Assembly (NCBI RefSeq): GCF_009914755.1
Contig: NC_060927.1
DNA from: the human T2T-CHM13v2.0 reference genome, Homo sapiens
DNA: 64,000 nt
Reading direction: 5' to 3' (one strand)
The position numbers were made by a program, and so were the translations under genes. The notes beneath the pieces are model-generated. The model ran no database searches, was not told the origin of the DNA, and saw only the letters and a list, made by a program, of their open reading frames with translations. Below, piece by piece: positions 44,991-58,399 of this stretch. Numbering within the stretch: position 1 is the stretch's first letter; every line of letters begins with the position of its first letter.

Positions 44991-47900
44991 GTGCCCCAGC
45001 CAGGAAGCAAGGAAAATGTGTTCCTGAAGTAGCGGTTTATGAACTGAGTCTGGAACATCTTCCTATTTTCAGAAATTTGCCTTCTGAAAATGTCATGGCA
45101 AAGAAGTAAACATGTAAAAAAACATTTTTGTTTTATACCCAGTTTTCTTTGTCTTTCCCTAAGTAATTGTATGTTGGTTAATACATTTTCTGGAGTTTCA
45201 ATACTCAGTGTGACTATGCTAGTATCTTGCTTAGTTACTGTGTTTTTTCAGCCCAATTTTTCTATTAGTGTATTTAGGTAATCAGAGGTATAGAAATTCT
45301 GAGATAAATACTACCTTCATTCTATAGCTCCAGAGATTGTGCCATCTGCATTTAAAAAGTGCTACACATGCATATGTTATAGAGAATAAGGTGGATGTGA
45401 AGAACATAACTAAACTGCAGAAAAGAACATAAATATCTATAATTTCATTTGTAACTAAGGATTTAAAGCACCCTCCTTCCATTTCATAGATTAGGATAAC
45501 GAAGCCCCAAAGTATTAAGAGGCTTAAATGAAGAAAGAATCCACTATTAACCCCTGATGTTTAAATTATACGTAATTTCATGTTCTATGTATATAGCTGC
45601 CCTCTTTAAGAGAGTATAAAAAATAAATAAGAAAAAAAGATACCCTAAAATAAACAGTATCAGTCCTCTTTATTACAATGTTTCAGAATAGACCCTGATG
45701 TCTGGTTGAGGTTGGGGGAAAAATTAATTCCTGGTTTTAGTATATGTACAAAATACTCTTTGAAGCCTTTCTCTGTGAATTCTGTATCGTCTCCAAGTGT
45801 TGATCATTCTAAATGGTACATGAGAGTCATTTAATATGAAAAGCTCTATGTCTTAGTGTGATTTGCACCACTATCTCTTCCTGTTGGTGTCTGTTGTAAA
45901 TTTTCAGCCCCCACCTAGCAATTTCTTTTCATAACGAACACAGGCTTCATGAGTCAACTTCAACTATAAACATTTTATTATCTGAGCATTTCATAGGCAA
46001 TGAAACATACGGTGTTTAGAATTCTAAGAATACTGGAGATGAAGGGTAAGAAAGAGAGACCTGTGTTTTTCCCCCTGAAATTCAAAATGCTGAATATCTC
46101 TTTAAATATCTGGCACTGTAATTTAAGTAAGTGGATTTTCTCCCAAAAAAAGTTTTTAAAATCTGCTTCTGAAATTAATCTATAAATCACCAAATTCAAT
46201 CAGTACCAAAAACAGTAAGTGATTTAATAAAGGGTTAAATCTGCATAGTGCTGTGCAGGAAGCAACTTGCCTTGATGCCAGAATGAAATCCTAGAGTACA
46301 TGTCTATGAATGAAGTATAAATTACAAAAGCACAGAATTGCCATGCAAAAAGGTAGAGACCCCTGACACATATCTTAACCTGTATCATCATGTCAGTACC
46401 TTCCTAAATCCTCAAACTTGTGGTTGCCTTGGAAATGTGGCAATTCATAACCTTTCCACCCGCCTTCCCCTGGCTGCCAATGGAAAGAAAGAAGATGAAT
46501 GATTTTAATTCTTGCTGCTGCCCTGCCCAATGCAGCTCTGCTGCCAGCTGGTTTTGCTGCAGCCCTGGTTATACGAGGTTGGGTTCATGTCAATTTTTTA
46601 CATGGAGATCACAGAAATAGAAGGAAGGACATTGTGGAGAACGGGTTGCTTCTCATGGAGTAACATTAAGGTAGCACAATAGGGCAATGAACATGGGGGC
46701 ATATAGTTGTACTTCTGAGTGTTCCACCACAAGAGGATGAGTGGGTTTATCCTTGCCCAAAACAGAAGCCTGACTAGATGCTACTTTTGAATAAGTCAAT
46801 ACAAATACACAGCAGTCCATTAAAAGAAGAAAATAATGTGTGGCAAAGTGTGGAATGGCCTGATGGAAAGGATTATTCTGAACTTGATTTTTTTAAAGGC
46901 TTTCTCGAGCTTTAGGAGGAGGAAGTGCTGAGCTATCTTGGTGAGAAACTACAAAAACAGTATCCCTGGGGGCAGGTGACAGAACCAAGGACAGTCATAG
47001 CAGGAGAAGAAGACGACAGGTCAGAATAGGGAACAGCAACAGCCAAGCGACTACAGTTACCTGAATTTTGTTCCTGACTGCTCTTACAATTTGCCAGGAC
47101 TGGGAATTTGCCAGAACTTTGGAATGGAACTACTCAATCCTTCACAGTTGCCTGGAACAAACACAGACACGCACTCACAAATGCATACAGTACGAGAAGC
47201 AGAGATATGGACATTAGGGGATTGGAATATTAGTTTGTTTACACTGGAGGAAGTAAAGAAAGGAAGAAAGCAAGACAAGAAAAAAGACAGCAACCCAGGA
47301 AAGAAAAGTCAGACAGTGATAAATTGTGAATCTGGTGTAGGGTTGTTTCTGATAAGGAAACACCATAGGAATCAGGACCTGGGAACTTTCTTTCAGATGT
47401 ATACACATTTCCCTAAAGCAAACTGTTAAAGACTTTTAAACATAAAACTGTCACAGCAGAGGGTATCAGGGAGAAATAATGGTGTTCTCACACGCAGCTC
47501 AAAGTACTGTACAAAATTTGCTTTTTGACATCTTTGCAAGACACCTAGAGGCACAAGGGGGCATATTTCTGTGATCTTTGTAGAATCCTGAACACAGGTA
47601 CACACAGCTTAGAATTCAGAACCCCAAAGTTCCTTTAGACAAGTTTAATAATAACTGAACCTAAATACCTGTCTATCTTTGATGCATGTATTATACAAAT
47701 GAAAACTAATGAAGCACTAAAGAACACTGTGTTCAAACCCAAGAAACGCAAATCAGAAAAAACAAACAAACAAACAAACAAAAAAACACTTAAGCCTTGA
47801 CCAAGAAACGCTGGTTCTAAGCAGTAAGGCTAGCCAACTTGCGGTGATGCATTCAGCCAAACGAGAGAAGAGAGAAAAGGAAAGAGAAAAAGATCCTGAA

Positions 47901-48088
47901 AAGGTTTTTTTTTTTGCTTTCAGTGACTCACATATTTATGTTTTTGTGTCATCTATCTGCCTATACCATTTCCCCTCCTTCCCTTTCCTTCCATGTTTCT
48001 ATATGTTGCTAAATCCCTTCTGCCCCCGCCACTCCCTCTCTTGCCAACTCTTCCATTCTTCGGTGATTTGTTGCTGACTCCCCTGCAG

Positions 48089-48115
48089 GTCCAGCTGCGT
48101 GCTTTTCATTGTTCT
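48089..48115 (+). CDS. Candidate 27-nt alternatively spliced microexon of an unidentified large-intron gene
   Basis: ttgctgactcccctgcag|GTCCAGCTGCGTGCTTTTCATTGTTCT|gtaagt. No AG between 47924 and 48086; length divisible by 3; no internal stop in any frame (VQLRAFHCS / xPAACFSLFx / xSSCVLFIVL); TGCATG at 48172-48177. Confidence 0.55.
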
Positions 48116-48829
48116 GTAAGTTGCCTCCCCCCCTTCCCTTTTTCCTCTCCATCTCTGAAGTGAAACATACGTGCATGGTCAGCAGACGCACAAACACGCT
48201 GCTATGCTAACTTCTCTCTGCCACTTTCCGGTGATGGACACTCCGAATGTTTAGCACAGCACGCCGAAATGTTGATGTAACAATGAGAAGCTCTTCACCT
48301 GCAACGCTAATTAATCGTAAACACGTTCCTTTCAAGGTAGGAGTTCTGGCACTGATGCCTGGAGGAGAAATTGGATTTTCTTTAGAAGGCAAACAAAAAT
48401 CCCCTTCAGATGCTAGGTGGCAGTGTTAACTCACAAACAGGCACACATCTAAGACTTGCCAAGTCACACATGTAATTTGGTTTAAGTGAGACGGACAAAA
48501 AAGTGGAGAACTCATAGAGATGGTTTGACGCCAAAAAATAAGTTGCCGCGACTGTCCATGAAGGAGTTCATAAACATGCAAAGTTGAGCGTTACTCTTTA
48601 AAAGGATTCCTCGCCAAAGACAGCTGATATTTTAAGTGTCTGCCTTGTAATTTCAGCATCAAGATTTCAAAGCAATATTGTTTTTTAAAAATATGACGTT
48701 GGTAGAGATACCCCAGATGTTTAATATTTTTCCTACTCCACCTGAATTTCCCATCTGAATAAATGTGATCAGTATTCATAGCAACTAGAAAAGAATCTGA
48801 ACACCAAGCATTGCTCTTATTATAACGGG

Positions 48830-49775
48830 ATCTCAGGGACAGGTTGTCTTCCTCTTTTTCCAGGTGATCACTGCCACACAGTTCTTTCATTCCTAAATTT
48901 CCCAAAATAGGATCCCCAGGGACACCTTTTACTCTTTCTTCTCTTTTACATGCCAATCAATCACCTTGACTTGTGGATTCACTCATATAAATATTGCTGA
49001 AATCCACAGTCACCTTGTAAGGCCTGTTGCTCGTGGTTTAGTTCAATTCCTTATTTTTCTTCCTTAGAAGATTGTGGTAGGCTATTAGGTGAACATTCTC
49101 CATTTCATGTCTTTCCCAACCATATATTAACCACAAACATGAAGAGTGGTCTTCTTGAACACGCATCTGAGCATATAACTCTTTTCCCTAAAAAACTGGG
49201 ATGGATATGACTTATATATAGGATAAAGTGCACATACACATACATATACCTTAATGAAACTTATAAGGCCCCTTTATGACCTGGCCTCATTTATCTCAAC
49301 TTTTTCTTTTCTCAGGCTTCCTCCTTACGCATTGTACAATCCAGCCACATATATTCCTGAGGGATTCTCTTTATATGTCAAATTATATCACACCTCCAAG
49401 CCTTTTACATGCTGTTCTCTCTGCCAGAAATAATCTTCCTTCCTTTTCTCACCAGGTAAACACCTTATTCAATCATGTATTTATTGTGCAAAACCCCAGG
49501 GCAAATGCTACCTCTCTGAGCTTCCTAAGTGAGGTTAACTGTCCTATGTGCTTATACTTACAGATACACATATAGATATAGCTATAGACACACACCTTTA
49601 TGTAAAGGGTCTCTCAGTTTATTGTAACTATCTTTTTATATAAGTTCTCCTTCAATAAACTATGAACCCCTAAAAAGCAAAGTTGCTGATGTAGTCATGT
49701 ATGTAGCTCCACAGATTACTTCAGAAGAACTGTACTGTATCAATGTTTCAATAAAGGATTAGAGAATGAATGGAA
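48830..49775 (+). mobile_element. L2 3' fragment
   Basis: Pyrimidine-rich, 'ataaggcccctttatgacctggcct', 'catgctgttctctctgccagaaa'; ends 'tcaataaa...gaatgaatgg'. Confidence 0.65.
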
Positions 49776-50189
49776 GATGGACTGTTTTTCAATATGTTTG
49801 TGTTCAAAGAAGCATCTTATTATTAGGTTGCCAAAAGAATTTTACTGAGTAAAGTGTAATGAGTGACACTTCTGAGCATCAGCATAGTGCATATTGGAGA
49901 ACCAACTACTTTAATTCCTAAAAATTTGCAATTTTAAAGACTATTTCCCCAGACTACATTTATCCTGGTCCATCAATATAAAAATCTAGCTATTTTAAAT
50001 AAATTATTTTTGTCATCTTGAAAATCCACTTCTTTATACAATCATACATTTTCTTTTTACATCTTTTAATTATTCCAACAAATCTTTCCTTTGTAAGACA
50101 CAGAAAGTCATTTCAAACAAAGTTAAGCAAAAAGATAATTTATTAGCTCACGTTAATGGAAAAAATATTGGGATACTTCACAGAATCCA

Positions 50190-52080
50190 TGCTTTCATTT
50201 ACTTAAAGAATATTTTTGAGGATTTATTGTATATTGGTCCTATAATAATCAACAATACAGATAGAAAACTCCTTTTCTTGTTACATTAACTTGGGTTTAG
50301 ACCAATGATTCTCAACCGGGCATGGCTTTTCTCCCCAGGGACATTTGTCAATGAGTAGAGACATTTTCTGTTATCACAACTGGTTCTACAGGCATCTAGT
50401 GAGTAGAGCAAGAGACTCTGCAAACACCTCATGAGGCACAGGAAGTCCACCATGACACAGAATTATCCAGCCAAGGATGTGAATAGGGCATAGATTGAGA
50501 ACCTTGTAAAGAAGTAGACTGTGTCATATGAAAAGAACAGTAGATACCAAGGCTGTGACAAGAACAGGTTTGGCATGTTTGAGAAAAAGGACATGGTCCT
50601 TTATGGTTGGGGCAGAGGAAATGAAGGCAAGAGTATAGGAGATGAAGTCAGATACAGAGCTGGAATAAGATCACAAAGGGCATCGTAAGTTGTATTAAGG
50701 GTTTTAACTTCCACTCTGAGCAAGATGGAAAGCTGTCAACAGGTTTTGCTCAGAGATATAGTATGATGTGACTTAATTTTTAAAAGATCAATCTGTCTGC
50801 TACATGGAGAAAGAAAAAACATGCAGAATGGCAAAGGAGAAAATAGGAATTTGGTCATTACAATAGTCCAGGAGAGAGAAGATGGTGATTTGTACCAGGA
50901 TGGTAACAATAGCACAATAGAAAGAGGTTAGAATCTGGATATATTTTGAGGTAGAGAAAATAGGATTTGCTGATGGTTTGAATGTGGGTATGAAAGAAAG
51001 AGGAGCCAAGCTTGTTTCAGAGGTTTTGGTCTAAGCAACTGACACAATAAAGATAGCATGTACTTCAATGGAAAGACTGTGAAAGAATGAGGAGATAAGG
51101 AGCTCAGAAAGTCCAAGTAAGACACAGAATTGTCCACTGGATAAACACACCTTGAATTGAGAGAAGAGTATTTTGAATATGTATTTTGAAGTATCAACTC
51201 TATAGATAAGGCCTAGATGAGGTCACTTAGGAAGTGAGTTTAGATAAACCAGAAGTGTCCGAGCCCTTAGGAATCTCCAACAGTTACAGAGGTTAGAGAA
51301 AAAAAAGAACATCTTGCCAAAGGGACTGAGAAGGATCATTGAATAAGGTAGGTAGAAACCCAGATGAGGTTAAGTACAGAGTGGCTCCCCAGAGACCAAG
51401 AGAGATGCTCAAAGGAAAGGCAATAACAAAACATGTCCAGTGCTCTTGATAGGTCAAGATAATGATGCCTGAGAATTCATGATTGGATTTTGAAATGTGA
51501 AGATGGCTGGTGATCAGAACAAGGGCAGTATCAGTGAAAATGGAGAAAGCCCCTGTGGAGTCGCTCAAAGGAGGTAGTATGTTATTTATGGAAAAATATG
51601 TATGTGGTAAAACTCTTAATAATTAAAAGGAAAGGAAATATATACTTAAAATTTAAGATAGCCGTTATCTTTTCTCTAAGGAAGGCAATGAAATGTATAT
51701 AGAAAGTATATAGAAATGTATATAGAAAGGAACACAGAGGAAAGTAAAATAGAATTGGTAATATTATAATTCTTAAGTTATGTTATTATGCTTCACAATG
51801 TAAAACATGTTACATATATTTTTCTGCATGAACAAAAAATAACATAACTGAAACCTACAAAGAGGAAAGGGGATGTGTAGAATTGGAGTCAGTGATTGTA
51901 AGACTGACTACTCTTTTGAGAAGTTTGTAGAGAAATGAGCTAATGATTAGAGATGCTATAAACTTATTTTTTGCCTTGGTTTTAAGATGAATGATATTAA
52001 TATTTGTGCTAGTGGGAATGTCTCTGTGATAGTGGGAATGTAGAGGTGGGGAAATGATGAAGCAGGATCCAGAAAGCTGG
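50190..52080 (-). mobile_element. L2a segment with nested MER20 and an L1ME-like piece (about 51580-51850)
   Basis: 'agtccaggagagagaagatggtgatttgtaccagg', 'gaatctggatatattttgaggtagag...taggatttgctgatggtttgaatgtggg'. Confidence 0.8.
50303..50506. mobile_element. MER20 hAT-Charlie MITE
   Basis: caatgattctcaacc ... 'ccccagggacatttg', 'ggcatctagtgagtagag' ... ttgagaaccttg. Confidence 0.85.
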
Positions 52081-52457
52081 TAGAATAAGGGCTTCAGGTA
52101 CTGGAAACCTGATACTGTGCTGTCAAGACTCACACTGCCTGCCTTTCAACTCTGCTTGCCTTTATTGAGCTTTATGCTGTTGTAGAAGGCTTTCTTTAGA
52201 GATGGCAACTGTCAGCTACAGGTTCACATCCTCCCAATTTAGTAAACACGGTATATAGAGAGGAAAACTCCTTCTCTCAACATCTGTGTATCAATTCCAG
52301 AAGAAATTCTGACTGATCCTGCTTAAATGGTAGTCATTGATTGGTAAAGCCTAAGTTGCACATCTACACCTGGGCCTAGGCAATTGGCATCTATTAACAG
52401 AACCTATCATGTACAGCACAGCCAAGTATAATAAATTAACTCAGTCCACTACAATCA

Positions 52458-52961
<504 letters not shown>

Positions 52962-53189
52962 TTAGAAAGTTTGGTTAATTTAAGAATGTGTCACATATTA
53001 AATCATGCTTTTCAAAGAACTATAGAGCAATTGGAGAGATATTTTGGAATCTGAATATTGATGAAAATGGCAAAGATGCTTTGAGAGAATCCAGAGCATT
53101 ATTTTGGGCAAAGGAGAGAGAAGCAAATTGATTTCAATAGTTAGGTGAGGCAATCTCTCAGAAAGATAACATAATTGAGAAAGGAAAAG

Positions 53190-53192
<3 letters not shown>

Positions 53193-53221
<29 letters not shown>
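53193..53221. repeat. (TG)n microsatellite
   Basis: About 14 perfect units. Confidence 0.95.
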
Positions 53222-53224
<3 letters not shown>

Positions 53225-54968
53225 GAGAAAAGCATTTCATCTAGTATTATTTCTGATTTGAGATTTCTTAATACCATTTAAATTCTGATTCATTATTGGC
53301 AGAAAATCATAAAAGATGTTCCTTTTGAAACAGTTCAGATCTAAGCATATCAGAAAGTTCTCAGATTGCAGACCAACATGGTTTAAGATTAACATAGATT
53401 TATAAAGTTGGCACAGAAAATGTGATTGATTCCCCTTTGTAAGGCTTACCTTCAGGTCTTAGATTCTACTTCCCAAAGGCGAATGGAGTCTTGTTTTAAT
53501 TATTTGGGTAGTCACAGAAACACCACAATGGTTACTTCCTATCTTTACAATTTGCCAGTTTTGCAATGGCTACAGATTGCCTGAAGGTATCTTTGGGCTT
53601 TTCCTCTTTTCCCCTTCTCCTCTGATACCCACTCTTTATCCCCTCTTTTCCTGCTTTCTCCCACCCCTTTTCCTCCCAACTTTACTTTCTCCATAAGTTC
53701 ATTCCCACTAATATGTTACAACTTGTTCAAACTTGAGGAAGTTAAAACCTGCAGCAAGGGGCACTAAAATAATGTGAGTGGAAACAAGCCTGCACCTATG
53801 GAAATTAAAATGGTTTCTTATTGAAACCATAACCAAGTTTGGCCTCAAGAATGTGATATTCCACACAAATCCTAATTTCGAATTGCAAATAGAAATCACT
53901 AGGTTTATTCCAAGATCTGTGAATTGGACAAATGACAATAATGATATAAACACAAAATGGAGACAAGCATAAGATAAAATAGTCAAATGCTTTCTGTTCC
54001 TGAAACATCTTGAAGCCTGGTACACACGTACTGTAGATACTCTCTGAAAGTAAGCTGATGGCCCTGCAGCTTGCTTTGTAAACAATTATTAGAAAGTTGT
54101 ATTTTAGTTTCCTCAAACCTTCATGTGGTTTTCTCCGTGAACACCTTCATTAAATGCCATAGGCTTTAAATTAATGTATCTTCTTCCCATCCATTGCAAA
54201 ATGCTTCTGTTTATTTTTCCAATGGCATAGCTTTCAAAATAATACAAGACTATGAAATGTTGCGTGAGGGGGAGGAGAAATGAAATAAGAAAGAGAAAGG
54301 TCATAAATTTTAAGCCATGTGGGGTTTTATTGTTATTTTTGAAGTGTGTTTAGCACAGAGACAAATTGTACGCTTACCGCAAGTCACCAGGACCTAACGA
54401 GCTCCTAATGTGTCCCATACTTCAAGGTTTTTCAGAACAGGCCAGTAACTTAGCAACCACAGCTAAACCTTGACAGGAATAATCATTATTTGTGTTGCAG
54501 CTTCAGGCTTCCCCACTGTATGTTTCCTTTTTTCTTTTTTCCTTCCTGTTGTTTTTTTAAAAGGACCCAAGAACAAGAAGGAACAGCTAAGTCTGAGAAA
54601 GGAGAATTTCCCTCCTGTTGCTTTAGGTCATAAATGGCATGACTGGAGTATAGGCATGGAGTTAAGAGTTACTTTCCCCTGAGACTCCAAGAAAAGTAAT
54701 GGGGAAAGTCTAGCTGTGGTAATTTCAGGTGAATGCTAGGCAGGATATGTTTGGTACCTGCTCAAAATCAACAAATTCTTGTATTTATGAATATTTGCAG
54801 TTTTGGCAATTCACAAACCAACATGAAATTCTTTGATGTATAAAATGTTTTAATATTGCTGCGATACAAACTGTGATGTAAACTGATCAATAGTAGCAAG
54901 TTGCATGGTTAGTGAATGAACTTAGCTGACTGCCCAGAATCTCTATATTGCAGTCTACCTTAGCTGAA

Positions 54969-55222
54969 TTTTTTTTTTTTTTTTTTTTTTTTTTGCTTTA
55001 AGTGCTGGGATATATGTGCAGAATGTGCAGGTTTGCTACATAGGTACACATGTGCCATGGTGGTTTGCTGCACCCATCAACCCGTCATCTACGTTAGGTA
55101 TTTCTCCTAATGCTATTCCTCCCCTAGCCCCCCATCCCCCAACAGGCCCCGGTGTGTGATGTTCCCCTCCCTGGATCCATGTGCTCTCATTGTTCAACTC
55201 CCACTTATGAGAACATGTGGTT
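54969..55222 (-). mobile_element. 5'-truncated L1PA (PA7/8-like) 3' end
   Basis: Long T-run, then 'tgtgccatggtggtttgctgcacccatcaacccgtcatctac...acaggccccggtgtgtgatgttcccctccctg'. Confidence 0.92.
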
Positions 55223-55315
55223 CACTTTAGTTTTCCACTGAAGTATTAAAAAGTCAATCACTTCATTATGAAAGAATTGTTTCCCCTTCTCCAGTGCCTG
55301 AAAAAGCAAAACCAA

Positions 55316-55451
55316 GCCAGGCACACTGGTGCATGCTTGTAGTCCTAGCTACTCAAGAGGCTAAGGCAAGAGGATCACTTGAGCACAGGAGTTCAAGGCC
55401 AGCCTGGGCTCAATAGCAAGACCCTATCTCTGAGGGAAAAAAAAAAAAAAA
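55316..55451 (+). mobile_element. FLAM (free left Alu monomer)
   Basis: Single arm of about 120 bp 'tgtagtcctagctactc...ggatcacttgagc.caggagttcaaggccagcctggg' plus A tail. Confidence 0.85.
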
Positions 55452-58399
55452 GGCAGCAAACAAACAAAAACTTCTCAGGAAGACGATGGATGAAAAGGTA
55501 AAAATATTTAAGATAGTATTAACATCCAACCAGAAAATAAAGTTTTTATTGGATAAACCACAACAAGTATGGAGATTCATAAAATATTCTTCAGGTGTTG
55601 TTCGTAAACTTCAAGAATCTACCAGTGTTTTCATGGTTTCTGTAGAACTGAAGAAGTTATGTCACCAGTAGGAAGCTTCATTATTATCAAAAAGATGATA
55701 ACAATGGTGAGAAAATTTACTAAGTAGACCTATTCTAATTCCATAGGTTGATTCATGGCCCACACAAGTGCCAGTGAATAAAGCTCTTAAATCAGAAGAG
55801 AAGATATGATATTATCACAAGTCTCTATTTAACTGAATTGTCAGGCCAAGAAATTAAAAGGAATATTTCTTAGTTTGCATCTATTTTGTAAAGGTAAATA
55901 ATACAATATTGTAGGAATTCAGAATCACTGAACACTAGACCTCACTCTGCTGTGTGACTATGGGTTATGGTCAACCACCATAGACAAAGGAATTTCCCTT
56001 AATTGTTGTAGGCCCAAATACTTCCTTTAGTGTTAATACTCTGTGATCTTCTTGAAAAGGCACAGTGAAGGGCAGGATAATGCAAAACACTATGAATAGT
56101 TCCGAATGAACCACTACAAAGATAAATGCCAGTTTCTTTTTTCTCTTTTTTTTCTGAAAAGAGAATGAAAAGAGAATAATTGTTTTCAGCACAAGCAGGT
56201 GCTCATGGGAACTTACTAGCTAACATATCCTAAGTTCTCTATTAATCATTTAAAAAATAGATGCTTTGTAAGTTTAATTAATAAAAATTGCTCCTGCAGA
56301 TTCTTATGAGAAATAAGCTTTGGTGAATGCTAACATTTGATTTTCATATGTATATATATTTGGAGTAATCATTTTACTATCATGTAATTATATGAGAAAT
56401 GGTTAATAGCTGATAAGAAATACCTTTATCTCTTTCTAGGCATAATATACATTTGTATGTGTTGAGAATAGTGGATGGAAGGTGAGCTCAAACAAGTCAG
56501 TAGAAGGCAGTGGACAGTTAGACAATAAGGCGGAGTCTAGAAGAAGCTTAGAAGTAGCTACAAGGGGAAGATATACAACTTGGATGAAGCAGGAGAAAGA
56601 AGTCGGATGCAGTGAGAAAATGTAGACCGTCTAAGACATCTGGTGAAAGGGATCTGGAACTATGCAAAACCTGGACATTAGACATTGGTATGTAGACTGA
56701 TGGATCTCTGCCAGAACTGTCCTGTAATCTGGGCAAAGCTTTAGTGTATCTTCCACACCCCACTTAATTGGCTGATAACATATTTTTTATATCCTTGCAA
56801 AAATGTCCTTTCACACAACTATGCAGAGTGGTCATTGTCACTGTAATCCCTGTAAACATCTATGCACTGCCTGACTCTGCAAGTGCCATTCACATAGACC
56901 ATGATTTGGCTTATGATTCCTGGAATGTGTAATATGAAGGACTAATAGACTCACTCTCTTTAGGCAAATATTACTGTCTCAGTATATAAATGGACTATTG
57001 TCACTATTTACTATGAGAAAGAGTTGGAGAGTTGGGTGTGCATATCTGATAGGGGGGATAGAGTGGGAAAACTCATAGTTTTGAAGCCATGGACAATAGA
57101 CTGAGTTACTAGCTGTCTGTCAATGACAGCAAGAATGATGCTTTGCTACCACATAGAAAGGAGGAAAGTAACTAAGAGGATAGAGGAGCGTCTGATGGAA
57201 GGAAAAAGACACTGGAAACTTTAAAATGGAGTTGCGTAATGAACCTGGCATGATTGTTTCTATACTCCAAACTACAATTTGGAAACAGAATTAGTAGCAA
57301 TATATGGTGCCAGTGGTGAAAGAGAGGCAGTTGGAAGGAAGTCGTAAAAGATTTGAGTTTATTTTAATATACCCAGTTTTAGCCCACAGAAATACTGTGT
57401 AGAGTTCCATAGCTAAGATAATTAATGTTCTCCAATTTGGAATATTGTGGCCTGGTAGCATAAGAAAACACAGAAAAACAGGGTATAGAATAAACTTTCA
57501 TCTGTCTTCCTTTCTTTTCCTTTATCCAGGGCAAGTTCTAAAAAAATAGAAATATACTTTCTTGCTTTTTGTATTTACTGAGTAATATAACAAAAATGCC
57601 CAGAAAAAAATGCTATAAATTTCTACGAGGTGAAATAAATATATGTATCCTTGGTTCAAGAGGTTTTCTTTGGTTACCACTCCTAAATTATTGGGGGAGA
57701 AGGGGATTAATTTTAAATGTGATCCTTTAAGAATAATGTTCAAATTATATTTATTTAAGAATTTAAAAAATCTAAATGTTGTATACATGTGGTTTGTTTA
57801 TGGATAGACTCTATTTTATATTAATACTTTTGATAGTCATCAGTTTTAGTGTAGGTATGTTTAAGCAAATCAAGTGGTAATTCAAAATAAGTTTAAGATA
57901 ATTCTGTGTTTCCATTGACCACAAAAGAAAATTTAAAATATGTATTAAAAAACACAAAAAATGAGCACTAATTCATGGTAAAGAAGAGTTTAATATGATG
58001 ACTTCACCAGGGATATTCTTTATGGTACTGTACTCGCAACACATCGCTGGGTCTTTGGAAACTTGTCATTTCTCTTTCACCATAATAACCTCAGTTGAAT
58101 CAATTTACTTCAATTTTTTAAGTGTGTGTGGAGCACTTCAAGGTGAAATGGGAAGAGTACTGAACTTGGTCTCAAAATTTCTGAATTTGGTCCTGGTTCT
58201 GCTATTTACCTGCTATTTGACTTGTACTAAATAAATTTACCTCTTTGGATCACAGTTTTATAATGTGTAAAATGAGTCTAAATGAGTAATGAGGCCATTT
58301 CAGGTATAAAGACATGAATTCAAGCATAACAGTTTACTGGGATTTAAGACAACTCAAAATGATATAGAATCTGAGAGTTTCTATCACTTAGATGGCAAG

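Noticed and set aside
48009-48197. Minus-strand 62-aa ORF overlapping the microexon region
   Set aside because: Explained as the purine-rich complement of the polypyrimidine tracts; non-ATG start and no recognisable domain.
51691-51730. Short tandem duplication (aaatgtatatag)x3
   Set aside because: Ordinary slippage inside an old L1 fragment.
53708-54116. Overlapping 64-125 aa ORFs and an 8-bp hairpin atggtttc-ttatt-gaaaccat
   Set aside because: No homology I can recognise and no splice-bounded frame; a hairpin of this size is expected by chance.
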